Origin: Caldisericia bacterium | GTDB lineage: Bacteria; Caldisericota; Caldisericia; JAAYUI01 | Assembly: GCA_963674785.1 (NCBI GenBank) | Contig: OY771555.1 | Coordinates: 416,001-480,000 of the forward strand | Length of the DNA: 64,000 nucleotides | Direction: 5' to 3' | Shown here: positions 47,605 through 60,313 of the stretch, in pieces | Layout: each line of letters opens with the position of its first letter | Position numbering within the stretch: position 1 is the first letter of the stretch | Translations under genes and position numbers: made by a program | The notes under the pieces: generated by a model | The model's input: the letters and a program-made list of their open reading frames with translations, nothing else | Told to the model about the DNA's origin: nothing | The model's database searches: none

Positions 47605-49122
47605 ATGAAAAAGATTATAGGAGTTTTATTTTTCTGTCTCGTTGTGATCATTACTTTTTCTACCTGTACTGAAGATTTTCTATATATGCACCTAAACAGC
47701 ATTCCCATTAGCGAAGATGAATTTAATACATACATAAGTAAATATACTAAACAAACATTGGACAACTCAATAGCCCTCGACTCAAAAGACAATCCTCATA
47801 TTGTTTGGTGTGATCGGATCAAGAACAATGAAAATTATTCAAGAAAATACCGTGTAAACTACATAAAATGGGACTCAGATTTAAGTAAATGGTTATGCGC
47901 AAATGGAGATATATATGATCCAATAAGTGATAATGCCAACATAAGTGGATTTAGAGATGGGAGCTCGAAACCAAAAATAATCCTGGATGAAAATGATATT
48001 CCACACATTATGTGGAATGATGATCGTAGATACTCATCAGTAGGATATTTCATTTATATAAAATGGGATACCAAAAAAACCTACTGGGTTCGAGAAACGG
48101 GTGAAAAATATATACCTATCGACACAACAGAAACAATAAGCTCCGGCACTCCATTTGGCTTTTGTTTTTTACTAGATTCAAAGGGAAATCCGCATATTCT
48201 TTGGGAAACTCACGGTAGTTATGAAGATAGATATTGTCAAATAGTTCAGTATGCAAAATGGGATGACACAAAAAAGCTTTGGGTTGATGCCCATGGCGAC
48301 GAATATAACAAGAAAAAGAGTAATGTTGAAATTTTTGGAAAAGGATATGATTTCCAATCAACTCTCGCACTTGACTCAAAAGATAACGCACACATTGCAT
48401 GGGTAAATCCAAACCATGACGGGATTACAAAAATCCATCATACTAAATGGGATGCAAAACTTGATTGTTGGGTAAATATTGATGGCACAAAATATGACCA
48501 CCAAAAAGATGCTGACAATATAACAAAAAATGGTTTCGATAGGTTTGTAACTGACCTTTCAATTGATTTAGATTCAAAAGATATTCCACACATTCTATGG
48601 AATAATTATGATTGGGGAGAAGATAATAGTAAGCTACAATATATAAAGTGGGATAATCAAACTAAAAAATGGATTTGTAGCAACAATGAAGAATTTGATC
48701 CAATTTCAAACCCTGGACAAATTACCGGTGAGATGCACTTAAGAAAGTATCGGATTTATTCAAAACTTTTATTGGATAAAAATGACAATCCAAACATCAT
48801 TTTTCATGATGAATTCTGGGACAAAGAGATTAGAAAAGATTTTGGAAAGATTTATTTCATAAAATGGAACCCCAATGGAAAATCGTGGATTCGTGTTGAT
48901 GGTGATCCGTTTAACCCAGATAGCAATAACGCACTAATCAGCGGAGATAGAAATGTTTATTACCCAAACTTTGCACTTGACTCAAAAAATAATCCACATG
49001 TTGTTTGGTCAAGATTTTTCGAGATCGATTTTCATGACAATAATGGAGTGATCTCGAATATTACTTCTGGAGTGAAAAAGATTGGAAGTTTAAAAAATAA
49101 CATCCGAATTAAACAAATTTGA
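47605..49122 (+). CDS. Secreted/lipoprotein-like tandem-repeat propeller protein
   Basis: About seven repeats of 'LDSKDNPHIxW...YIKWD...W...G..YDP'. Confidence 0.75.
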   Translation: MKKIIGVLFFCLVVIITFSTCTEDFLYMHLNSIPISEDEFNTYISKYTKQTLDNSIALDSKDNPHIVWCDRIKNNENYSRKYRVNYIKWDSDLSKWLCANGDIYDPISDNANISGFRDGSSKPKIILDENDIPHIMWNDDRRYSSVGYFIYIKWDTKKTYWVRETGEKYIPIDTTETISSGTPFGFCFLLDSKGNPHILWETHGSYEDRYCQIVQYAKWDDTKKLWVDAHGDEYNKKKSNVEIFGKGYDFQSTLALDSKDNAHIAWVNPNHDGITKIHHTKWDAKLDCWVNIDGTKYDHQKDADNITKNGFDRFVTDLSIDLDSKDIPHILWNNYDWGEDNSKLQYIKWDNQTKKWICSNNEEFDPISNPGQITGEMHLRKYRIYSKLLLDKNDNPNIIFHDEFWDKEIRKDFGKIYFIKWNPNGKSWIRVDGDPFNPDSNNALISGDRNVYYPNFALDSKNNPHVVWSRFFEIDFHDNNGVISNITSGVKKIGSLKNNIRIKQI

Positions 49123-49167
49123 CAGACAACTCCTCTTTAATTATCATCTTATCCACGAGGTGGAGTT

Positions 49168-49950
49168 ATGAAAAAAGTTTGGGTGTTTCTGCTTGTTTTG
49201 GTTCTTTTTGTTAGCCCTGTGATTGCACAAGAGGGTCTTCCAGATAATCTTTCTGCCAGTTTGGATGATGGACAAGTTATATTATCATGGAATGCTCCCG
49301 AAAATCATGAAGAGATTGATGGCTATAACATCTACCTCAAAACAAAAACAGAAATCTATGATGAATACACAGAAACACTTTTAAACAGTGAACCCATAAC
49401 CGAACTCCAATTTGTTCACGAAGAAGCAGAGCGTGAAAACAGCTATTTCTACAAAATAACCTCGGTTGACCATGATGGAAATGAATCTGTATTTTCAAAC
49501 GATATTGAGTTTTATTACCCGAAATTCATTGACCCAGTGGAAAACCTCGAAGCTGAGATTGATGATGGAAAAGTCTCGCTTTCCTGGGAATATGAATTCG
49601 CAGATGATGATGATGAAACAATCTTTTCCATATCAAGGAATGGTGAGGAACTCGAGTCAACAGAAAAACTGAGTTTCACAGATTTTGAACCGCCAAAAGA
49701 ACTGCTTGAATACACTATCACAGCAACAAAAGGTATTGACTTCAGCGAAACAGTGGAAGTCAAAGTTGACCTTGAAGAAAAAACATCCGAAAGAGAAATA
49801 AGATATGTCGGTGCAAAAAGCACCATGAAATTCCATCACGCAGATTGCCGCTATGTCAAAAGAATAAAGGAAGAAAACCGAGCCTATTTCTACACTCGGG
49901 AGGAAGCCATAGAGCAGGGATATGTTCCTTGCAAGGTTTGCACACCGTAA
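49168..49950 (+). CDS. Secreted FN3-repeat protein with C-terminal Ada-type metal-binding domain
   Basis: LSWNAP...GYNIY...YFYKITSVD..GNES (FN3); 'KFHHADCRYVKRI...REEAIEQGYVPCKVCTP'. Confidence 0.85.
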   Translation: MKKVWVFLLVLVLFVSPVIAQEGLPDNLSASLDDGQVILSWNAPENHEEIDGYNIYLKTKTEIYDEYTETLLNSEPITELQFVHEEAERENSYFYKITSVDHDGNESVFSNDIEFYYPKFIDPVENLEAEIDDGKVSLSWEYEFADDDDETIFSISRNGEELESTEKLSFTDFEPPKELLEYTITATKGIDFSETVEVKVDLEEKTSEREIRYVGAKSTMKFHHADCRYVKRIKEENRAYFYTREEAIEQGYVPCKVCTP

Positions 49951-49984
49951 AAACAGTCAGCCCAATAAAACGAAATTGAATTGA

Positions 49985-50422
49985 TTAGATATTGGATTTT
50001 CTAGGTTTGTGTCCACGAATTTGAAGAATAATCGAGATAAGGAAAAGTAGTGAAGCCAAAATCAAGAATTCCTGCTTTTTCAAAAAAGACAAGTGTATAA
50101 CAAAGAGAATAATTCCAATAATCCGGGTAAGAAAACCATAAAACTCAAAACCAGAGGCAAAGCCTCTATTTGAAGCATCTTTCTGCTGTTTTATGAAATT
50201 TGTTATCCAGAAAACAAAATAAAACAGCAGAAAAACTATGGAAACAGCAAAAAGAATCACTATTACCCTGAAGAAAAGGCTGTTTTTTGATGTAAAAATT
50301 ACAATTTATTCAAGGCAACACCAAAACAAAAACATCGCTGAGGTCACAACCTCATAAACAATGTTATTCTTTGGATTGTCATCTGTGATTTTTCTAAACC
50401 AATTCCCCAATTTCTGAAACAT
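49985..50422 (-). pseudogene. 4-TM membrane protein with in-frame TAA (paralog of 50425..50853)
   Basis: ATG 50422 reads MFQKLGNWFRKITDDNPKNNIVYEVV..., stops at TAA 50308-50306, and the same frame continues into ORF 49985..50260. Confidence 0.7.
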
Positions 50423-50424
50423 CT

Positions 50425-50853
50425 CTACCCCTTCATATCAAACCTACTGAGCAGTTCCATTTCTCTCTCTTTGATATACATATGTGAAAAAAGAACGATA
50501 GAACCACCAAGATAAAGAATAGCAAAGATATATACAAAAATTGCATTACCAAGAAACAATACCTCAATCACCCTAAACATTATTCCAAGAAAACAAACAG
50601 AAAGGAAGATAGCAGAGTTTCTTGCATCAATAAACTGTTTGTTTCTTTTTCTTCTGAAAAGATTGATAAAAAGTAGTACCGTAAAAATCGCCCACAGAAT
50701 AAAAAAACTCCAAAAATCAATGAACCTGAATAGCTCAAAAAGATTTATAAGGATGATGATTATCACAAGACTTCTCAGGATTATATCATACACAAAATTC
50801 ACATGGATATTATCAGCCGTTATCTTGTCAAAAAAGTTTCTGTTTTCTTTCAC
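50425..50853 (-). CDS. Small 4-TM membrane protein
   Basis: 142 aa, four hydrophobic helices; N-terminus FFDKITADN..NFVYDI similar to the downstream paralog. Confidence 0.65.
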   Translation of the reverse strand: MKENRNFFDKITADNIHVNFVYDIILRSLVIIIILINLFELFRFIDFWSFFILWAIFTVLLFINLFRRKRNKQFIDARNSAIFLSVCFLGIMFRVIEVLFLGNAIFVYIFAILYLGGSIVLFSHMYIKEREMELLSRFDMKG

Positions 50854-50966
50854 AAGACCACATTATACAGACCAAATTATATTTTTTAAACCTTTCATGA
50901 GCCTTTATAATATGTGCCATGTAGTTATGATATGATAGACATGCGAAAAATCCAAAGGGGTGTTAT

Positions 50967-52910
50967 ATGAAGAAAGTATTTACAGTAGCTCTAATAGTTT
51001 TGATAGTTACTGGGATTTTATTGGGAAATACCAAGATAGATGCATCCTCAAAAAATAATGAATCATTTTGGATAGGGATTGACGAAACACCTTTTTTTGG
51101 AGCAGATTTTAACTACTCAGAGAATTTAAGTTTTACATCTCAAATGGATAAAGAGATGGGAGAAATCTTCAAACAAAGTGGTTTTGAAACCCTAATTGAT
51201 TCAAAAGGAAACCCCCATGTTTCATGGATATCGAGTTTGGGGAATATGACAAATATCGATTCAGATTTGATGTATATCAGATGGGACGGGAAAAACTGGG
51301 TTTGCATTGATGGAAGCATGTTCAATCTCACAAAAAACAACTTCAAAGAAAATCCTGCAAATATCTCAAAAAATCACGTGACTTCAAATCATTCATTTAA
51401 ACTTGATAGTGATGATAACCCTCATTTTGCATGGATTCAAAACCTAGGGGATTTTGAGGCGGTCGCTTATATTTACTGGGATGGGGAAAAACGGGTAAAC
51501 ATTGATGGATCAGCTTATGAGTCAACAACTGATTCTGAAGTTGATAGTTCAACAATCGTAGCAAAATGTCCGAGGAATAAAGAGAAGTATTTCAGCCTTC
51601 CCACCCTTACCATTACTCATTCCGGAAACCCTTGCATCACATGGAAACTGCATGAGAGATTCAAAGATTCTGTAACTAACTCACTTTGTTTCCTGAGGTG
51701 GAATGGGCACCAGTGGTCAACAATTCTAGATTATCCGGTTGATACTGGCGACTACGATAATTCGCAATTTTATTCACCCGGAGGTACAATCTACGATTAC
51801 AAATTTGTTCTGAATGAATATTCATATCCAGCATTCCTTGTTGACAATGGCAAACTAGATATCGAATATCTGATACACACAACCAGTGGATGGAAAACGA
51901 TTAATGACAAAGAGCTAAAAAATGATGAGGATGAAAAAATAAAAATCTTTACGCATTTGAAAGATTCAAACATCTCGAAATATTCTATCCACCTTGATGA
52001 AAACGCCACTCCTCACATCTTTTATCAGAAAAATATCCTTGGAAATGGGTATGAGGATGATAGAGCAGAACTTCACTATGAAAAATGGACAGCAGAGCTT
52101 CAGGAATCTGAGTCTCTCATGAGTGGTATTAGTGAAGGGGGAGTAGAGATTCTTCATTCAAAAATCCAGATTGACTCGAGTGGATTTCCACAGATTGCTT
52201 TTTGTTTATCAAAAAAATATCCAAGGGATTCCAAGGTTTTCTATATAAAATTTGACGGGTTAGGCTGGGTAAACATTGATGAAGAGAAGATTTCAAATGA
52301 ATTGAGCTTAGATAATCCTGCTTCAATTACAGACAAAAATTCCGATAAGAGATTGCTCTTTGATGATTTTGTGCTTGATGAAAATGATAATCCATATCTG
52401 ATAACCGAGATGATCTACTCCTATCCTGAATCCGAAATACCAGAGGATGGCTGGCAGGAAAACCCAATCTTTTTTATCAAAGGTAATGAAGGGCTCATTA
52501 AAGAAACTAGATGCAAAACAAAAGCCATTGAGCTTTGGATAAACAAAAGGGAGTTTCAGGTTGATGGTGAAAAGATGGAGTTTGATGTTCCTCCACAAAT
52601 CATCGATGACTCGACATACGTTCCACTTCGTGCTTTGGGTGATGTTTTGGGATGCAATACCGAGTGGGTGGCAGATGAGAGAAAAGTAATCTATACCTAC
52701 AACGATAAGTGTAATGGTGAAATCACAACACTTGAAATCTGGATTGGAAAACAAATCGGCAAGAAAAGTGGTGAAACCTGGGATATGGGACTTGCACCAT
52801 TGATTGTAAATGATAGGACTGTCGTCCCACTTCGAGCGATTTCTGAGGGGCTTGGGGCTGATGTTTCGTGGGAGGCAGAAACACGGAAAATCATAATAAC
52901 TCAAAACTGA
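50967..52910 (+). CDS. Secreted repeat-propeller protein with C-terminal copper amine oxidase N (stalk) domain
   Basis: DSKGNPHVSW...YIRWDGKNWVCIDG repeats; PQIIDDSTYVPLRALGD, PLIVNDRTVVPLRAISEGLGADVSW. Confidence 0.8.
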   Translation: MKKVFTVALIVLIVTGILLGNTKIDASSKNNESFWIGIDETPFFGADFNYSENLSFTSQMDKEMGEIFKQSGFETLIDSKGNPHVSWISSLGNMTNIDSDLMYIRWDGKNWVCIDGSMFNLTKNNFKENPANISKNHVTSNHSFKLDSDDNPHFAWIQNLGDFEAVAYIYWDGEKRVNIDGSAYESTTDSEVDSSTIVAKCPRNKEKYFSLPTLTITHSGNPCITWKLHERFKDSVTNSLCFLRWNGHQWSTILDYPVDTGDYDNSQFYSPGGTIYDYKFVLNEYSYPAFLVDNGKLDIEYLIHTTSGWKTINDKELKNDEDEKIKIFTHLKDSNISKYSIHLDENATPHIFYQKNILGNGYEDDRAELHYEKWTAELQESESLMSGISEGGVEILHSKIQIDSSGFPQIAFCLSKKYPRDSKVFYIKFDGLGWVNIDEEKISNELSLDNPASITDKNSDKRLLFDDFVLDENDNPYLITEMIYSYPESEIPEDGWQENPIFFIKGNEGLIKETRCKTKAIELWINKREFQVDGEKMEFDVPPQIIDDSTYVPLRALGDVLGCNTEWVADERKVIYTYNDKCNGEITTLEIWIGKQIGKKSGETWDMGLAPLIVNDRTVVPLRAISEGLGADVSWEAETRKIIITQN

Positions 52911-52933
52911 TGGTTGACTTGCTAACAACAAAA

Positions 52934-53356
52934 CTATTTAAATGGTGGGAAAACTCCGAACTTTTCCTGTTGTTTTAAAATGACTTCCTCTGCATCTGTA
53001 ACATATTCAACAACAGCAGAACCTTTGCCCATAAATAAAAACATCAGTTTGATCTTTAGTCTTTGGTTTGTTGATGAGACAACTCCTACAATATCAAAAA
53101 CATTTTTGGAAAGAATACCCTTTAACTCAAGATCTTTTGGAACAGTTCTGAAACTTGGGACATCAAGGTCTCTAATATCCAATACCATCCATATCTTTGA
53201 ACCAGCAGTCTTTACTGCTTCCTCAATTGCTTCTATCCAATCACCAACACTCTTTTCAATCTCCGCTGTCGACTCAGGAGAGCCAGATAGAATAACAACG
53301 AGAGTGTTGCTGTCCTTATTGTAGTTTAATACAGTATCAGAACTAACTTCGATCAC
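52934..53356 (-). CDS. Hypothetical protein, STAS/SEC14 (SpoIIAA-like) fold possible
   Basis: 'LVVILSG...MVLDIRDL...IVGVVSS...VEYVTDAEE' pattern; start uncertain. Confidence 0.45.
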   Translation of the reverse strand: MIEVSSDTVLNYNKDSNTLVVILSGSPESTAEIEKSVGDWIEAIEEAVKTAGSKIWMVLDIRDLDVPSFRTVPKDLELKGILSKNVFDIVGVVSSTNQRLKIKLMFLFMGKGSAVVEYVTDAEEVILKQQEKFGVFPPFK

Positions 53357-53435
53357 CCCAATCCATTTTTTCTGATTATAACAAAAAGAATGGTTTTTGC
53401 AAATTCTGAAATTCTTTAATTGAGCGAGTAAAATA

Positions 53436-53459
53436 ATTGTGGTATACGTATACCACAAT
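53436..53459. promoter_or_regulatory. Perfect 24-bp palindrome, probable Rrf2 operator
   Basis: ATTGTGGTATACGTATACCACAAT is its own reverse complement. It overlaps a putative -10 (TTGAGC-17-TATACG) and the Rrf2 ATG. Confidence 0.8.
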
Positions 53460-53892
53460 GAAGAAAGACATTATAAATACTGACATTTTTAAGCTCAATG
53501 AGGCAACCTCAATTGCAGTTCACGCAGCCACCTACATGGCACTAAATATGGACAGGTTTGTTGGTGCGACTGAAATTTCAGAATCTCTCAAGGCATCGCG
53601 TGACCATGTCGAAAAAGTGATGCAACGCATGGCAAAAGCAGGATTTATCACAGCAAAACGTGGTCCAAAAGGTGGCTTCAAATTAAAAAAAAATCCCGAT
53701 GAGATAACACTTCTTGAACCATTTGAAGTATTTGAAGGTGAAGTCACAAAAGACATTCACTGTCCACTTGGACAATCCTTTTGTGGAGGAAAACTTTGCG
53801 TAATTGGTAAACTTTTTTCAAAACTCCAACATGAAGCAGTCCAATTTTTAAGCAAGATCACTCTTGCTGATGTCGTTAATGGCAACTTTTAG
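53458..53892 (+). CDS. Rrf2 family Fe-S transcriptional regulator
   Basis: 'AKRGPKGGFKLKKNPDEITLLE', three Cys CPLGQSFCGGKLC, ITLAD. Confidence 0.92.
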   Translation: MKKDIINTDIFKLNEATSIAVHAATYMALNMDRFVGATEISESLKASRDHVEKVMQRMAKAGFITAKRGPKGGFKLKKNPDEITLLEPFEVFEGEVTKDIHCPLGQSFCGGKLCVIGKLFSKLQHEAVQFLSKITLADVVNGNF

Positions 53893-53900
53893 GAGGGACA

Positions 53901-54632
53901 ATGAAGGTAAGGGAAATAGTAAGAATAGACGAAGAAAAATGCGATGGATGCGGACTATGTGTTCCAAATTGTGCTGAGGGTGCAATAAAGATTATTGATG
54001 GAAAAGCAAAGCTTATTACTGATGCACTCTGTGATGGGCTTGGTGCTTGTCTTGGTCACTGCCCACAAGGTGCAATCACAATCATATCTCGAACAGCTGA
54101 TGAGTACGATGAGGAACTTGTGAAATCAGAGCTTGCAAGGAAAGAAAAATGTCATACCACAGAACCTCATGGGGAGTCATCAAAATCTCTTGCTTGCGGA
54201 TGTCCTGGATCGGTGGCAAGAACTCTCAAGAAAACACAAACAAACACAGACACCTCAGCAAAAATAGAATCAGAACTCACCCACTGGCCTGTACAGATGC
54301 ACCTTGTTCCAACTGGTGCCACGTATTTTAAAAACGCAGACATCCTACTTGTGGCAGACTGTGTCCCATTTGCATATGCAGATTTCCATAGAAAAATATT
54401 GAAAGGCAAACCTGTAATCATCGGGTGTCCAAAACTTGATGATGCAGAAAGCTATGTCAACAAACTCTCAAGAATTCTAAGGGAATCCACACCTAACAGT
54501 ATTACAGTTGTACATATGGAAGTCCCATGCTGCTCTGGACTCTCAAGGATTGCCAAGCTTGCAAAAGAATACGCGGATGTAGAGATACCAATCTACGATT
54601 TAGAAGTAAGTGTCGATGGACACATAAAGTAA
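53901..54632 (+). CDS. 4Fe-4S ferredoxin-domain protein associated with hcp
   Basis: CDGCGLCVPNC, CDGLGACLGHC, CGCPG, WPVQ, ADC, GCPKLD, MEVPCC. Confidence 0.85.
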   Translation: MKVREIVRIDEEKCDGCGLCVPNCAEGAIKIIDGKAKLITDALCDGLGACLGHCPQGAITIISRTADEYDEELVKSELARKEKCHTTEPHGESSKSLACGCPGSVARTLKKTQTNTDTSAKIESELTHWPVQMHLVPTGATYFKNADILLVADCVPFAYADFHRKILKGKPVIIGCPKLDDAESYVNKLSRILRESTPNSITVVHMEVPCCSGLSRIAKLAKEYADVEIPIYDLEVSVDGHIK

Positions 54633-54644
54633 AGGAGAATACTC

Positions 54645-56300
54645 ATGGATATGTTCTGTTACGAATGTGAACAAGCAGCAAACGGAAAAGGCTGCATGGT
54701 AAAAGGTGTTTGCGGAAAATCCCCAGAGGTCGCAAAACTTCAAGACCTTTTAATTCACGCCACAAAGGGGCTTTCTGTCTGGGCTAACCTAGCAAGAGCA
54801 CACGCAGTCACAAACAAGGATGTCGATTGGCACGTGATTGAATCACTCTTTACAATTGTTACAAATGTTGATTTTGACCCAGAAAGAATTGCTGGAATCT
54901 TAAGAGAAACCTACAAACTTAGAGAGTCTCTGAAGGCAAAGGTTGTTCCAATCTTCAAAAAAATCAAAGGGTTCGAACCACCTATTGATGAAGCCTGTGC
55001 AAACTGGATTCCTGCTGACAGCCTCTCTGGGCTTATCGCACAGGCAGAAGAGGTTTCTGTCCCAAAGAGACAAGAAAAAGTTGGAGAATCGCTTGCTGGA
55101 CTTGAGCAATTCACACTTTATGGTCTCATGGGTGCAGCAGCATACATCCATCATGCAGCGGTTCTTGGAGTTTCTGATGATGCTGTTTTTGCAAAGGTTC
55201 ATCAGGTTTTAAATTTCCTTGCAAACGATAATTCAGTAGATGATGTTCTCAAAACTGCTCTCGAGGTTGGGGAACTCAATCTCAAAGCAATGGAGATGCT
55301 TGATAAAGCAAACACTGATACATATGGTCACCCTGAACCAACACAGGCTCGAATGACACCGGTTCCAGGAAAAGCAATCCTTGTCTCCGGTCATGACCTG
55401 AAAGACCTCGAACTACTGCTTGCACAGACCGAAGGAAAAGGAATCAATATTTACACCCACTCTGAGATGCTTCCAGCCCTTGCCTATCCAGAACTCAAAA
55501 AACACAAACATCTTATCGGAAACTACGGCACCGCTTGGCAGAATCAGCACAAAGAATTTGATGCTTTCCCAGGTGCAATCCTCATGACAACAAACTGCAT
55601 CCAGGAACCAAGGCAATCTTATAAAGACAGAATCTTTACAACAGGACTTGTTGCATTCCCAGGTGTCACACACATCGATAGCAAAAAAGATTTCGCTCCA
55701 GTAATTGAAGCGGCACTTTCTGCTCAAGGTTTTAGTGACATTCCAGATGAGAGAGTTATCCCAATCGGTTTTGCAAGAAATACTGTGATGTCTGTTGCAG
55801 ATAAGGTAATCGAGGGTGTTAAAGCTGGGGCAATCAAACACTTCTTCCTTGTTGGTGGATGTGATGGTGTCAAATCAGAACGTAGCTACTACACAGAACT
55901 TGCGAAACAAATCCCTGACGATTGTGTGATTCTCACACTTGCCTGCGGAAAATATAGGCTCAACCATCTTGACCTTGGAGACATCGGTGGAATCCCAAGA
56001 CTTCTTGACCTTGGTCAATGTAATGATGCCTACTCAGCAATACAGATTGCAGTCGCTCTCGCAAATGCCTTTGAATGTGGAGTAAACGATCTTCCGCTCT
56101 CACTTGTCCTGTCTTGGTACGAACAAAAGGCTGTTGCAATATTACTTACACTCCTTCACCTTGGAATTACAAACATAAGAATTGGCCCATCACTTCCTGC
56201 AGCCCTCACACCAGATGTTCTAAAGGTTCTCATCAAAAAATTTGCCGTCAAACCCATAGGTGACCCTGCAGGTGACCTTAAGGACATGCTTGGAAAATAG
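54645..56300 (+). CDS. hcp: Hybrid cluster protein (hydroxylamine/NO reductase)
   Basis: MFCYECEQ...GC...GVCGK, SGHDL, YTHSEMLP, TTNC, GGCDG, LACGK, GQCND, SWYEQKA. Confidence 0.97.
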   Translation: MDMFCYECEQAANGKGCMVKGVCGKSPEVAKLQDLLIHATKGLSVWANLARAHAVTNKDVDWHVIESLFTIVTNVDFDPERIAGILRETYKLRESLKAKVVPIFKKIKGFEPPIDEACANWIPADSLSGLIAQAEEVSVPKRQEKVGESLAGLEQFTLYGLMGAAAYIHHAAVLGVSDDAVFAKVHQVLNFLANDNSVDDVLKTALEVGELNLKAMEMLDKANTDTYGHPEPTQARMTPVPGKAILVSGHDLKDLELLLAQTEGKGINIYTHSEMLPALAYPELKKHKHLIGNYGTAWQNQHKEFDAFPGAILMTTNCIQEPRQSYKDRIFTTGLVAFPGVTHIDSKKDFAPVIEAALSAQGFSDIPDERVIPIGFARNTVMSVADKVIEGVKAGAIKHFFLVGGCDGVKSERSYYTELAKQIPDDCVILTLACGKYRLNHLDLGDIGGIPRLLDLGQCNDAYSAIQIAVALANAFECGVNDLPLSLVLSWYEQKAVAILLTLLHLGITNIRIGPSLPAALTPDVLKVLIKKFAVKPIGDPAGDLKDMLGK

Positions 56301-56331
56301 TCAATAAAACACACTCTTTTCATATTTTTCT

Positions 56332-56366
56332 AATCCCCTGGTGGAAGGAATACCAGGGGATTTTTT
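56332..56366 (+). terminator. Intrinsic terminator after hcp
   Basis: aatcccctggt/accaggggatt stem followed by a T-run. Confidence 0.85.
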
Positions 56367-56549
56367 GATGTTACATTCACGAGCTCGCATCAAAGTATTC
56401 CCTGCCCATATCGATTTTCAAGAATCAGCCAGTCACAGATTTCAAAAAATCGTACTGATCAAAAGTTAAACTAAGCTTGAGATCGATTAAATAATGGACT
56501 TGTTAGGGAAGTCGTTCTGATGATATATTTATTCCAAGGAGGCAGTTTC

Positions 56550-57686
56550 ATGAAAACCAGAAGAATAGTTACATCAGTTCTCGTTTTTGTTCTAGCAAGT
56601 ATGCTTTTAATGGGGTTTGTGTTCGGGTCAAATACCGCAAAAACAAAAAAGATGGAAATATTTGGTGATTTTACTGTTTTCATCTCAGATGGCGAAGATA
56701 TTCCATTTATAAAGCATTCAAAAGACAATGGAATCACAGTCTACAAGATGGATTATGATGCAGAAACCTTTGAAATCGAGCCTGTCTATGACGATGAGGG
56801 CAATCAGGTTGTTTCTCAATCATCCGATAAAGATTTCATTGAAAATCTGAACAATGTTTTTTGTACGAAAAACGCATGCAATCTAGAGGTCACGAATATC
56901 GAAGGTGTCACTGATCTCTTTTTTGGAATTTCTGTTGGAGAGATATCCGGGAAATTCTGCACTGTTACTCTACGAGAAGGTGAACCAGATGAAACAACAT
57001 TGCAACTATCGCTTCTGACTCCTCGTGAAAAAAGGGAGATGGATAGAGAAGATATCGCAATTGGAAGCATTTTCTTTATGGATGAAGACTTCAATTATGC
57101 CTGTTACAAATACACGGGAGATGACCTTGTTCTTTATGAACAGAAAGCCCTCAACCCGGACATTGATTATGGGAATAACCCAGCACTATCAAATAAGACA
57201 ATCCCTAATGAATGGCATTGGTCAGGAAATACATCAAAAGGGTATCTTTGGGTAAAACCTTTTAGTGATGAGTTTTATGCCGGTGGAGTAAAAGGTCATT
57301 TGATTGGCCAATATAAACTTAGAGTGGGTGATGAATACGATCAGATAATCCACCCAAAGAATGAGAATGATCCCATTATGGTTGATGCATCATGGTTTAT
57401 CAAGATGCTTTATGGAGTTGAGACTTATGACTCAGAACATAGAGAACCAAGAAAATCAAGCCTATATATGCTGAAAGAAGTTGATGACAGAACAATTGAA
57501 ACAATAAAACTACAGATTGAAGAGGATAACAAAACTGGGTTGATTAACGACGAAATCGAGTATGAATTTTCTAAAACGCCTTATAATCGAGTTTATGCAC
57601 CCCTTTTTGATCTCTGTGATATATTCAAAATCAACTACCATTACAGACCATTTGACCACAGTGTGCTGATCGAGAGATTTAGATAA
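56550..57686 (+). CDS. Secreted hypothetical protein
   Basis: AGGAGG then MKTRR signal peptide; the C-terminus 'RVYAPLFDLCDIF' may be a degenerate stalk domain. Confidence 0.65.
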   Translation: MKTRRIVTSVLVFVLASMLLMGFVFGSNTAKTKKMEIFGDFTVFISDGEDIPFIKHSKDNGITVYKMDYDAETFEIEPVYDDEGNQVVSQSSDKDFIENLNNVFCTKNACNLEVTNIEGVTDLFFGISVGEISGKFCTVTLREGEPDETTLQLSLLTPREKREMDREDIAIGSIFFMDEDFNYACYKYTGDDLVLYEQKALNPDIDYGNNPALSNKTIPNEWHWSGNTSKGYLWVKPFSDEFYAGGVKGHLIGQYKLRVGDEYDQIIHPKNENDPIMVDASWFIKMLYGVETYDSEHREPRKSSLYMLKEVDDRTIETIKLQIEEDNKTGLINDEIEYEFSKTPYNRVYAPLFDLCDIFKINYHYRPFDHSVLIERFR

Positions 57687-57729
57687 GAACCACTACCTTT
57701 TTTTGAGTTTTTTACTCATCCCAAAACTT

Positions 57730-57758
57730 TTCCCTGGACTTGATTTAAGTCCGGGGAA
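57730..57758. terminator. Hairpin downstream of the hypothetical gene
   Basis: ttccctggactt/aagtccggggaa stem with one G:U pair. Confidence 0.5.
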
Positions 57759-57948
57759 CACAAATATTCCTTATTTCAGATAAACAAGCATATCTTTGTC
57801 CAAAAAAAATAATCAGATTAATGATTCAAATCCACAGGGGTATTTCAAAAAAACTAAACTCATCTCAAAATTTGCTATTGTTCAGAACTCAAATACAATA
57901 ATCATGGTGTTTTTTTCGATTGACAGTTAGCTAACATTTGGCATATAA

Positions 57949-60159
<2,211 letters not shown>

Positions 60160-60175
60160 AAATTCAATTCCAAAG

Positions 60176-60201
60176 ATTGGGGCAACCTAGATTGCCCCAA
60201 T
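60176..60201 (+). terminator. Terminator hairpin after katG
   Basis: attggggcaa/ttgccccaat perfect 10-bp stem. Confidence 0.75.
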
Positions 60202-60313
60202 TCATATAAAAACTGATAAATTCTATATTTCTTTTAGTACTACAGATTTTTGGAACTATTTATAAGCACTCGTTGTATGTAAAGTAAAAGAAAAGGAAGG
60301 AAGGATAAATAAA

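Noticed and set aside
50306-50308. Stop-codon reassignment or selenocysteine/pyrrolysine readthrough
   Set aside because: The codon is TAA, and TAA/TAG/TGA terminate well-conserved genes normally elsewhere in the window.
53437-53458. MWYTYTT N-terminal extensions on two opposite ORFs
   Set aside because: Artefact of the palindromic operator; the true starts are downstream.
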